A stretch of DNA of 64,000 nt from Flectonema sp. DT1601. Its lineage: Eukaryota. Of the stretch, positions 34,803 to 45,600 are shown piece after piece (the first letter of the stretch is position 1; every line of letters starts with the position of its first letter). The stretch lies in NCBI GenBank assembly GCA_964019425.1, contig OZ025800.1, forward strand, positions 930,001 through 994,000, given 5' to 3'. The position numbers were made by a program, and so were the translations under genes. The notes below the pieces were generated by a model, which did not search any database, was not told the DNA's origin, and saw only the letters and a program-made list of their open reading frames with translations.

Positions 34803-36455
34803 TCAGTTGAGATCAAAGTCCGAATCGTTACTTTCCATTTCTACGTCACGGTTTTTATCACTATCCTGCTTAGCAGCAGATTCGGTGGGCGGTGTTGTTG
34901 TTTGTGCTGTTGCTGGTGCTGGCGTTGGTGCTGATGGTGCTGGCGCTGGTGTTGGTGCTGATGTCGGCTGCTGAGTTGGCTGTTGTGGTTGAGGAGTTGT
35001 TTTTTGTCTCTTCAGGGTTCCCGTTAGTTTTTGAGCCGCGTCGCCTGGGTTGTAGGTTGGGCCTAGCGGTTTTCTGTCAGTTCGTTTAACTTCTTTGTTT
35101 ATCACAAGGTATTCATTAGTACCTATGCTTACGAAGTTGGGCGGTTGAGATTTCGCAATTGCAACAATTGTAGTACTCCCTCCTTTATGGAAAGAAGCAA
35201 CAACTGTGTGTTCCCAGTTGTGTGAGGACTTCAAGAAGTCGCTGATCTGCGCTGTTGAGTACTTACGAATCGCCATCGAATTTATAACAAACCTGTCGCC
35301 CGAGGGCAGTGCAGGCTTGATTGCCGCGTTGAGCTTAATGCTGACCCTGATATTACAGTCAGGGTGGACTCGGAGTCCAAAACAGCTTTTAAACCTGCAC
35401 ATGTAGAATTTTCCTTTGAATTCATCAAGTGCAGAAGTCTTGGACTTCGCTGCCAGGAAGCCAAGGTCGTTTTTGAATTGCAACGTTGGCCAAACGTCAC
35501 TTCCGTTCGACCAACTCGGGTTTCTGAAAAAGACATTCTTGGGTTTGTCAGTTTCGGGTTCGCTGTTGTTGTATTCCAGAACCTCGTGTACTTGGTTTCT
35601 GGGGACTCTGAAAGCCATCGAGGTGTGGGACTCGTTCTTTCTGTAGCTAAAGGGGTCCGCCTTTATCTTCAATTTCTTTAGAATATCGGTCGTTTTGACG
35701 GTCAATTCTTTCTCAGCTGATTTTCCCCAGTCTTGGATGAATAGAACTGGGTTGGGAGTTGGAATCTGGTGGCTAGTTGCTGCTTTAGAAAAGTCGTCAC
35801 CAAATACGTGCGTGTAAAATACGCGCCTGATCTCGCAGACGCCACCCTTTTTTATCACCGGTAATGCTACTGGAACGGTGCTCTTTGTGAGCGGGATTTT
35901 GCTGATAGCAGCCCAACGGCCGCTCTTCTTTGTTTGGCGGAGTGCTTCTAAGTCTAGCTTCGAACGAACTAAAACAAGACCAGAGGTAAGGTTGTTTGTA
36001 GCATTAGCTGCTACGTCGTAACTGATGGTGGCCACAGCGCCTGCCCACGCACCGTGAATGTGCCACTCCGGGTAGCTTGCTTTTGCCTTTCCCTTCGTGG
36101 TTTGATTGTCCTTCATTGCTGTCGGTATCGGCAATGAGAACGGCTTCGTACTCGTTTGTTGATTAGAAGCTGTAGATGCTCCTGTAGTTGGTTGGTTGAC
36201 ACCTGTGGTTGAGGGTGTCGTCGCTTCTGCTGCCGTCGTCGCGGTCGCTTCCGTCCCACCACTCCCATCGAGTGTGTCCGGTGTCCTCCTCTTCATCTCC
36301 GGGTTCCCACCTTCTGACCCAGCTACGAATTGAACGATCTCCATTAGGAGATTTGCCACCCTTCTTTCCTTCTCTTGCTCCGGGATCCCGTCTTCTCCCA
36401 CTATCTTCAGGAGGTTTATTGCCTCCGATACCAACCTCTTCAGGTTGTCTCTCAT
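34803..36455 (-). CDS. LINE ORF1 (550 aa, basic, no recognisable CCHC knuckle)
   Basis: ATG 36455 to TGA 34805-34803. Lies between the element 5' end and ORF2, in the same frame as ORF2. Confidence 0.85.
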   Translation of the reverse strand: MRDNLKRLVSEAINLLKIVGEDGIPEQEKERRVANLLMEIVQFVAGSEGGNPEMKRRTPDTLDGSGGTEATATTAAEATTPSTTGVNQPTTGASTASNQQTSTKPFSLPIPTAMKDNQTTKGKAKASYPEWHIHGAWAGAVATISYDVAANATNNLTSGLVLVRSKLDLEALRQTKKSGRWAAISKIPLTKSTVPVALPVIKKGGVCEIRRVFYTHVFGDDFSKAATSHQIPTPNPVLFIQDWGKSAEKELTVKTTDILKKLKIKADPFSYRKNESHTSMAFRVPRNQVHEVLEYNNSEPETDKPKNVFFRNPSWSNGSDVWPTLQFKNDLGFLAAKSKTSALDEFKGKFYMCRFKSCFGLRVHPDCNIRVSIKLNAAIKPALPSGDRFVINSMAIRKYSTAQISDFLKSSHNWEHTVVASFHKGGSTTIVAIAKSQPPNFVSIGTNEYLVINKEVKRTDRKPLGPTYNPGDAAQKLTGTLKRQKTTPQPQQPTQQPTSAPTPAPAPSAPTPAPATAQTTTPPTESAAKQDSDKNRDVEMESNDSDFDLN

Positions 36456-36615
36456 AATTGCTTTTTCCAATAAAGTACAGAAACTGTAGCTTTAGAATCG
36501 TTGGAATAAATTTTATAATTCTTTCATTGGGGGATTGTTACTCCCGTGACAAAATTTTTTTTTGTATAGAGTTGGCGGTTTCGGAAACTTTTGTGTTCGG
36601 ATTAGGGGTTTTCCC

Positions 36616-39600
36616 TTAAAACTTTGTGCGTGGAGCTGGCAGTTTTTTTGAAACTTTGTGCGTGGAGCCGGCTGTTTTTTTGAAACTTTGTGTGTGGAGC
36701 TTGCTATTTTTTAAAACTTTGTGTGTGGAGCTGGCTGTTTTTTTGAAACTTTGTGGAGCTGGCTATTTTTTAAAACTTTGTGTGTGGTGCTGGCAGTTTT
36801 TTTGAAATTTTGTGCGTGGAGCTGGCTGTTTTTTTGAAACTTTGTGCGTGGAGCCGGCTGTTTTTTTGAAACTTTGTGTGTGGAGCTGGCTATTTTTTAG
36901 AACTTTGTATGGAGCTGGCTGTTTATTAAAACTTTGTGTCTGGAGCTGGCATTTTTTTGAAACTTTGTGTGGAGCTAGCAGTTTTTTTGAAACTTTGTGC
37001 GTGGAGCCGGCTGTTTTTTTGAAACTTTGTGTGTGGAGCTGGCAGTTTTTTTGAAACTTTGTGCGTGGAGTTGGCTGTTTTTTTGAAACTTTGTGCGTGG
37101 AGCCGGCTATTTTTTAAAACTTTGTGTGTGGAGCTGGCAGTTTTTTTGAAACTTTGTGCGTGGAGCTGGCTGTTTTATTGAAACTTTGTGTGTGGAGCTG
37201 GCTATTTTTTAAAACTTTGTGTGTGGAGCTGGCAGTTTTTTTGAAACTTTGTGCGTGGAGCTGGCTGTTTTATTGAAACTTTGTGTGTGGAGCTGGCTGT
37301 ATTTTTGAAACTTTGTGCGTGGAGCCGGCTGTTTTTTTGAAACTTTGCGTGGAGCTGGCTGTATTTTTGAAACTTTGTGCGTGGAGCCGGCTGTTTTTTT
37401 GAAACTTTGTGCGTGGAGCTGGCTGTTTTTTTGAAACTTTGTGCGTGGAGCTGGCTGTATTTTTGAAACTTTGTGCGTGGAGCCGGCTGTTTTATTGAAA
37501 CTTTGGGTGTGGAGCTGGCTGTTTTTTTGAAACTTTGTGCGTGGAGCTGGCTGTATTTTTGAAACTTTGTGCGTGGAGCCGGCTGTTTTTTTGAAACTTT
37601 GTGCGTGGAGCTGGCTGTTTTTTTGAAACTTTGTGCGTGGAGCTGGCTGTATTTTTGAAACTTTGTGCGTGGAGCCGGCTGTTTTATTGAAACTTTGGGT
37701 GTGGAGCTGGCTGTTTTTTTGAAACTTTGTGCGTGGAGCTGGCTGTATTTTTGAAACTTTGTGCGTGGAGCCGGCTGTTTTTTTGAAACTTTGTGCGTGG
37801 AGCTGGCTGTTTTTTTGAAACTTTGTGTGGAGCTAGCTGTTTTTTAAAACTTTGTGTGTTGAGCTGGCTATATTTTTGAAACTTTGTGTGTGGAGCTGGC
37901 TGTATTTTTGAAACTTTGTGTGTGGAGCCGTCTGTTTATTCGAAACTTTGTGTGTGGAGCTGGCTGTTTTTTTGAAACTTTGTGCGGAGCTGGCTGTTTT
38001 TTCAAAAATTTGTGCGTGGAGCTGGCTGTTTTTTTGCAACTTTGTGTAGCAGGCTATTTTTTAAAACTTTGTGTGTGGAGCTGGCTGTTTTTTTGAAACT
38101 TTGTGCGTGGAGCCGGCTGTTTTTTTGAAACTTTGTGCGTGGAGCTGGCTGTTTTTTTGAAACTTTGTGTGGAGCTAGCTGTTTTTTAAAACTTTGTGTG
38201 TTGAGCTGGCTATATTTTTGAAACTTTGTGTGTGGAGCTGGCTGTATTTTTGAAACTTTGTGCGTGGAGCTGGCTGTTTTATTGAAACTTTGTGTGTGGA
38301 GCTGGCTGTATTTTTGAAACTTTGTGCGTGGAGCCGGCTGTTTTTTTGAAACTTTGCGTGGAGCTGGCTGTATTTTTGAAACTTTGTGCGTGGAGCCGGC
38401 TGTTTTTTTGAAACTTTGTGCGTGGAGCTGGCTGTTTTTTTGAAACTTTGTGCGTGGAGCTGGCTGTATTTTTGAAACTTTGTGCGTGGAGCCGGCTGTT
38501 TTATTGAAACTTTGGGTGTGGAGCTGGCTGTTTTTTTGAAACTTTGTGCGTGGAGCTGGCTGTATTTTTGAAACTTTGTGCGTGGAGCCGGCTGTTTTTT
38601 TGAAACTTTGTGCGTGGAGCTGGCTGTTTTTTTGAAACTTTGTGCGTGGAGCTGGCTGTATTTTTGAAACTTTGTGCGTGGAGCCGGCTGTTTTATTGAA
38701 ACTTTGGGTGTGGAGCTGGCTGTTTTTTTGAAACTTTGTGCGTGGAGCTGGCTGTATTTTTGAAACTTTGTGCGTGGAGCCGGCTGTTTTTTTGAAACTT
38801 TGTGCGTGGAGCTGGCTGTTTTTTTGAAACTTTGTGTGGAGCTAGCTGTTTTTTAAAACTTTGTGTGTTGAGCTGGCTATATTTTTGAAACTTTGTGTGT
38901 GGAGCTGGCTGTATTTTTGAAACTTTGTGTGTGGAGCCGTCTGTTTATTCGAAACTTTGTGTGTGGAGCTGGCTGTTTTTTTGAAACTTTGTGCGGAGCT
39001 GGCTGTTTTTTCAAAAATTTGTGCGTGGAGCTGGCTGTTTTTTTGCAACTTTGTGTAGCAGGCTATTTTTTAAAACTTTGTGTGTGGAGCTGGCTGTTTT
39101 TTTGAAAATTTGTGCGTGGAGCTGGCAGTTTTTTTGAAACTTTGTGTGTGGAGCTGGCAGTTTTTTGAAACTTTGCGTGGAGCTGGCTGTATTTTTGAAA
39201 CTTTGTGCGTGGAGCCGGCTGTTTTTTTGAAACTTTGTGCGTGGAGCCGGCTGTTTTATTGAAACTTTGTGCGTGGAGCTGGCAGTTTTTTGAAACTTTG
39301 TGCGTGGAGCTGGCTGTATTTTTGAAACTTTGTGCGTGGAGCCGGCTGTTTTTTTGAAACTTTGCGTGGAGCTGGCTGTATTTTTGAAACTTTGTGCGTG
39401 GAGCCGGCTGTTTTTTTGAAACTTTGTGCGTGGAGCTGGCTGTTTTTTTGAAACTTTGTGTGTGGAGCTGGCTGTTTTTTTGCAACTTTGTGCGTGGAGC
39501 TGGCTGTTTTTTTGAAACTTTGTGTGGAGCTAGCTGTTTTTTAAAACTTTGTGTGTTGAGCTGGCTATATTTTTGAAACTTTGTGTGTGGAGCTGGCTGT

Positions 39601-42600
39601 TTTTTTGAAACTTTGTGTGGAGCTAGCTGTTTTTTAAAACTTTGTGTGTTGAGCTGGCTGTATTTTTGAAACTTTGTGTGTGGAGCCGTCTGTTTATTCG
39701 AAACTTTGTGTGTGGAGCTGGCTGTTTTTTTGAAACTTTGTGCGGAGCTGGCTGTTTTTTTAAAACTGTGTGCGTGGAGCTGGCTGTTTTTTTGCAACTT
39801 TGTGGAGCAGGCTATTTTTTAAAACTTTGTGTGTGGAGCTGGCTGTTTTTTTGAAAATTTGTGTGTGGAGCTGGCTATTTTTTAAACCTTTGTGTGTGGA
39901 GCTGGCAGTTTTTTTGAAACTTTGTGCGTGGAGCTGGCAGTTTTTTTGAAACTTTGTGTGTGGAACTAGCAGTTTTTTGAAACTTTGTGTGTGGAGCTGG
40001 CTGTTTTTTTGAAACTTTTTACGTTGAGCCAGCTGTTTTTTCGAAACTTTGTGTGTGGAGCTGGCTGTTTTTTTGAAACTTTGTGCGGAGCTGGCTGTTT
40101 TTTTAAAACTTTGTGCGTGGAGCTGGCTGTTTTTTTGCAACTTTGTGGAGCAGGCTATTTTTTAAAACTTTGTGTGTGGAGCTGGCTATTTTTTAAACCT
40201 TTGTGTGTGGAGCTGGCAGTTTTTTTGAAACTTTGTGCGTGGAGCTGGCAGTTTTTTTGAAACTTTGTGTGTGGAGCTGGCAGTTTTTTGAAACTTTGTG
40301 CGTGGAGCTGGCTGTTTTTTTGAAACTTTTTGCGTGGAGCCGGCTGTTTTTTCGAAACTTTGTGTGTGGAGCTGGCTGTTTTTTTGAAACTTTGTGCGTG
40401 GAGCTGGCTGTTTTTTTGAAAATTTTTGTGTGGAGCTGGCTATTTTTTAAACCTTTGTGTGTGGAGCTGGCAGTTTTTTTGAAACTTTGTGCGTGGAGCT
40501 GGCAGTTTTTTTGAAACTTTGTGTGTGGAGCTGGCAGTTTTTTGAAACTTTGTGCGTGGAGCTGGCTGTTTTTTTGAAACTTTTTGCGTGGAGCCGGCTG
40601 TTTTTTTGAAACTTTGTGTGTGGAGCTGGCTGTTTTTTTGAAACTTTGTGCGTGGAGCTGGCTGTTTTTTTGAAAATTTTTGTGTGGAGCTGGCTATTTT
40701 TTAAAACTTTGTGTGTAGAACTGGCAGTTTTTTTAAAACTTTGTGCGTGGAGCTGGCTGTTTTTTTGAAAATTTGTTTGTGGAGCTGGCTATTTTTTAAA
40801 ACTTTGTGTGTGGAGCTGGCTGTTTCTTTGAAACTTTTTGCGTGGAGCCGGCTGTTTTTTTGAAACTTTGTGTGTGGAGCTGGCTGTTTTTTTGAAACTT
40901 TATGTGTGGAGCTGGCTGTTTTTTTGAAACTTTGTGTGGAGCTAGCTGTTTTTTAAAACTTTGTGTGTTGAGCTGGCTGTATTTTTGAAACTTTGTGTGT
41001 GGAGCCGTCTGTTTTTTCGAAACTTTGTGTGTGGAGCTGGCTGTTTTTTTGAAACTTTGTGCGTGGAGCTGGCTGTTTTTTTGAAAATTTTTGTGTGGAG
41101 CTGGCTGTTTCTTAAAACTTTGTGTGTGGAGCTGGCTGTTTTTTTGAAACTTTGTGCGTGGAGCTGGCTGTTTTTTTGAAAATTTTTGTGTGGAACTAGC
41201 TGTTTTTTAAAACTTTGTGTGTGGAGCTGGCTGTTTTTTTGAAACTTTGTGTGTGGAGCTGGCTGTTTTTTTGAAACTTTGTGCGTGGAGCTGGCTGTTT
41301 TTTTGAAAATTTTTGTGTGGAGCTGGCTGTTTTTTAAAACTTTGTGTGTGGAGCTGGCTGTTTTTTTGAAACTTTGTGTGGAGCTAGCTGTTTTTTAAAA
41401 CTTTGTGTGTTGAGCTGGCTGTATTTTTGAAACTTTGTGTGTGGAGCCGTCTGTTTTTTCGAAACTTTGTGTGTGGAGCTTGCTGTTTTTTTGAAACTTT
41501 GTGTGTGGAGCTGGCTGTTTTTTTGAAACTTTGTGCGGAGCTGGCTGTTTTTTTAAAACTTTGTGCGTGGAGCTGGCTGTTTTTTTGATAATTTGTGTGT
41601 GGAGCTGGCTGTTTTTTTGAAAATTTGTGTGTGGAGCTGGCTATTTTTTAAACCTTTGTGTGTGGAGCTGGCAGTTTTTTTGAAACTTTGTGCGTGGAGC
41701 TGGCAGTTTTTTTGAAACTTTGTGTGTGGAGCTGGCAGTTTTTTGAAACTTTGTGCGTGGAGCTGGCTGTTTTTTTGAAACTTTTTGCGTGGAGCCGGCT
41801 GTTTTTTCGAAACTTTGTGTGTGGAGCTGGCTGTATTTTTGAAACTTTGTGTGTGGAGCCGTCTGTTTTTTCGAAACTTTGTGTGTGGAGCTTGCTGTTT
41901 TTTTGAAACTTTGTGTGTGGAGCTGGCTGTTTTTTTGAAACTTTGTGCGGAGCTGGCTGTTTTTTTAAAACTTTGTGCGTGGAGCTGGCTGTTTTTTTGC
42001 AACTTTGTGGAGCAGGCTATTTTTTAAAACTTTGTGTGTGGAGCTGGCTATTTTTTAAACCTTTGTGTGTGGAGCTGGCAGTTTTTTTGAAACTTTGTGC
42101 GTGGAGCTGGCAGTTTTTTTGAAACTTTGTGTGTGGAGCTGGCAGTTTTTTGAAACTTTGTGCGTGGAGCTGGCTGTTTTTTTGAAACTTTTTGCGTGGA
42201 GCCGGCTGTTTTTTCGAAACTTTGTGTGTGGAGCTTGCTGTTTTTTTGAAACTTTGTGTGTGGAGCTGGCTGTTTTTTTGAAACTTTGTGTGTGGAGCTG
42301 GCTGTTTTTTTGAAAATTTTTGTGTGGAGCTGGCTATTTTTTAAAACTTTGTGTGTAGAACTGGCAGTTTTTTTAAAACTTTGTGCGTGGAGCTGGCTGT
42401 TTTTTTGAAAATTTGTTTGTGGAGCTGGCTATTTTTTAAAACTTTGTGTGTGGAGCTGGCTGTTTCTTTGAAACTTTTTGCGTGGAGCCGGCTGTTTTTT
42501 TGAAACTTTGTGTGTGGAGCTGGCTGTTTTTTTGAAACTTTGTGTGTGGAGCTGGCTGTTTTTTTGAAACTTTGTGTGGAGCTAGCTGTTTTTTAAAACT

Positions 42601-45600
42601 TTGTGTGTTGAGCTGGCTGTATTTTTGAAACTTTGTGTGTGGAGCCGTCTGTTTTTTCGAAACTTTGTGTGTGGAGCTGGCTGTTTTTTTGAAACTTTGT
42701 GCGTGGAGCTGGCTGTTTTTTTGAAAATTTTTGTGTGGAGCTGGCTGTTTTTTAAAACTTTGTGTGTGGAGCTTGCTGTTTTTTTGAAACTTTGTGTGTG
42801 GAGCTGGCTGTTTTTTTGAAACTTTGTGCGTGGAGCTGGCTGTTTTTTTGAAAATTTTTGTGTGGAGCTGGCTGTTTTTTAAAACTTTGTGTGTGGAGCT
42901 GGCTGTTTTTTTGAAACTTTGTGCGTGGAGCTGGCTGTTTTTTAAAAACTTTGTGCGTGGAGCTGGCTGTTTTTTTGAAAATTTGTGTGGAGCTGGCTAT
43001 TTTTTAAAACTTTGTGTGTGGAGCAGGCTATTTTTTAAAACTTTGTGTGTGGAGCTGGCTGTTTTTTTGAAACTTTGTGCGGAGCTGGCTGTTTTTTTAA
43101 AACTTTGTGCGTGGAGCTGGCTGTTTTTTTGATAATTTGTGTGTGGAGCTGGCTGTTTTTTTGATAATTTGTGTGTGGAGCTGGCTATTTTTTAAAACTT
43201 TGTGTGTGGAGCAGGCAGTTTTTTAGAAACTTTGTGCGGAGCTAGCTGTTTTTTTAAAACTTTGTGCGTGGAGCTGGCTGTTTTTTTGAAACTTTGTGCG
43301 TGGAGCTGGTAGTTTTTTTGAAACTTTGTGCGTGGAGTTGGCTGTTTTTTTTAAACTTTGTGCGTGGAGCTGGCTGTTTTTTTGAAACTTTGTGTGGAGC
43401 TAGCTGTTTTTTAAAACTTTGTGTGTTGAGCTGGCTGTATTTTTGAAACTTTGTGTGTGGAGCTGGCTGTATTTTTGAAACTTTTTATGTGGAGCCGTCT
43501 GTTTTTTAAAAACTTTGTGTGTGGAGCTGGCTGTTTTTTTGAAACTTTGTGCGGAGCTGGCTGTTTTTTTAAAACTTTGTGCGTGGAGCTGGCTGTTTTT
43601 TTGATAATTTGTGTGTGGAGCTGGCTGTTTTTTTGAAAATTTGTGTGGAGCTGGCTATTTTTTAAAACTTTGTGTGTGGAGCAGGCTATTTTTTAAAACT
43701 TTGTGTGTGGAGCTGGCTGTTTTTTTGAAACTTTGTGCGGAGCTGGCTATTTTTTTAAAACTTTGTGCGTGGAGCTGGCTGTTTTTTTGATAATTTGTGT
43801 GTGGAGCTGGCTGTTTTTTTGATAATTTGTGTGTGGAGCTGGCTATTTTTTAAAACTTTGTGTGTGGAGCAGGCAGTTTTTTAGAAACTTTGTGCGGAGC
43901 TGGCTGTTTTTTTAAAACTTTGTGCGTGGAGCTGGCTGTTTTTTTGATAATTTGTGTGTGGAGCTGGCTGTTTTTTTGAAAATTTGTGCGTGGAGCTGGC
44001 TATTTTTTAAAACTTTGTGTGTGGAGCAGGCAGTTTTTTAGAAACTTTGTGCGTGGAGCTGGCAGTTTTTTTGAAACTTTGTGTGTGGAGCTGGCCGTTT
44101 TTTGAAACTTTGTGCGTGGAGTTGGCTGCTTTTTTGAAACCTTGTGTGGAGCTAGCTGTTTTTTAAAACTTTGTGTGTTGAGCTGGCTGTATCTTTGAAA
44201 CTTTGTGTGCGGGGCTGTTTTATTGAAAATTTTTGTGTGGAGCTGGCTATTTTTTAAAAACTTTGTGCGTGGAGCTGGCTGTTTTTTTGAAACTTTGTGC
44301 GTGGAGCTGGCTGTTTTTTTGAAAATTTGTGTGGAGCTGGCTATTTTTTAAAACTTTGTGTGTGGAGCAGGCTATTTTTTAAAACTTTGTGTGTGGAGCT
44401 GGCTGCTTTTTTGAAACTTTGTGCGGAGCTGGCTGTTTTTTTAAAACTTTGTGCGTGGAGCTGGCTGTTTTTTTGATAATTTGTGTGTGGAGCTGGCTGT
44501 TTTTTTGATAATTTGTGTGTGGAGCTGGCTATTTTTTAAAACTTTGTGTGTGGAGCAGGCAGTTTTTTAGAAACTTTGTGCGTGGAGCTGGCAGTTTTTT
44601 TGAAACTTTGTGTGTGGAGCTGGCCGTTTTTTGAAACTTTGTGCGTGGAGTTGGCTGTTTTTTTGAAACCTTGTGTGGAGCTAGCTGTTTTTTAAAACTT
44701 TGTGTGTTGAGCTGGTTGTATTTTTGAAACTTTGTGTGTGGAGCTGGCAGTTTTTTGAAACTTTGTGCGTGGAGCTGGCTGTTTTTTTGAAACTTTTTGC
44801 GTGGAGCCGGCTGTTTTTTTGAAACTTTGTGTGTGGAGCTGGCTGTTTTTTTGAAACTTTGTGCGTGGAGCTGGCTGTTTTTTTGAAAATTTTTGTGTGG
44901 AGCTGGCTATTTTTTAAAACTTTGTGTGTAGAACTGGCAGTTTTTTTAAAACTTTGTGCGTGGAGCTGGCTGTTTTTTTGAAAATTTGTTTGTGGAGCTG
45001 GCTATTTTTTAAAACTTTGTGTGTGGAGCTGGCTGTTTCTTTGAAACTTTTTGCGTGGAGCCGGCTGTTTTTTTGAAACTTTGTGTGTGGAGCTGGCTGT
45101 TTTTTTGAAACTTTATGTGTGGAGCTGGCTGTTTTTTTGAAACTTTGTGTGGAGCTAGCTGTTTTTTAAAACTTTGTGTGTTGAGCTGGCTGTATTTTTG
45201 AAACTTTGTGTGTGGAGCCGTCTGTTTTTTCGAAACTTTGTGTGTGGAGCTGGCTGTTTTTTTGAAACTTTGTGCGTGGAGCTGGCTGTTTTTTTGAAAA
45301 TTTTTGTGTGGAGCTGGCTGTTTCTTAAAACTTTGTGTGTGGAGCTGGCTGTTTTTTTGAAACTTTGTGCGTGGAGCTGGCTGTTTTTTTGAAAATTTTT
45401 GTGTGGAACTAGCTGTTTTTTAAAACTTTGTGTGTGGAGCTGGCTGTTTTTTTGAAACTTTGTGTGTGGAGCTGGCTGTTTTTTTGAAACTTTGTGCGTG
45501 GAGCTGGCTGTTTTTTTGAAAATTTTTGTGTGGAGCTGGCTGTTTTTTAAAACTTTGTGTGTGGAGCTGGCTGTTTTTTTGAAACTTTGTGTGGAGCTAG

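Larger units (their letters stand above)
30399..36551 (-). mobile_element. Full-length non-LTR retrotransposon (I/Ingi-like group: APE-RT-RNaseH-CCHC, with ORF1)
   Basis: ~95-nt 5' UTR, ORF1, ORF2, ~475-nt 3' UTR and poly(A) (T18 at 30399-30416). Probable TSD AAATTTTTTTTT at 30396-30407 and 36552-36563. Confidence 0.9.
29452..36615. mobile_element. MULE/Mutator-like TIR element (~1 kb of its own sequence, non-autonomous) carrying a nested LINE
   Basis: 59-bp TIRs GGGAAAACC.CTAATCC..ACACAAAAGTTTCCGAAACCGCCAACTCTATACAAAAAAA at 29452-29510 and 36557-36615 (3 mismatches). Perfect 9-bp TSD TTAAAACTT at 29443-29451 and 36616-36624. Confidence 0.85.

Noticed and set aside
36456..36551. HDV-like ribozyme / Pr77-type signature at the LINE 5' end
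   Set aside because: The sequence is AT-rich with only short hairpins, and I could not build the nested double pseudoknot.
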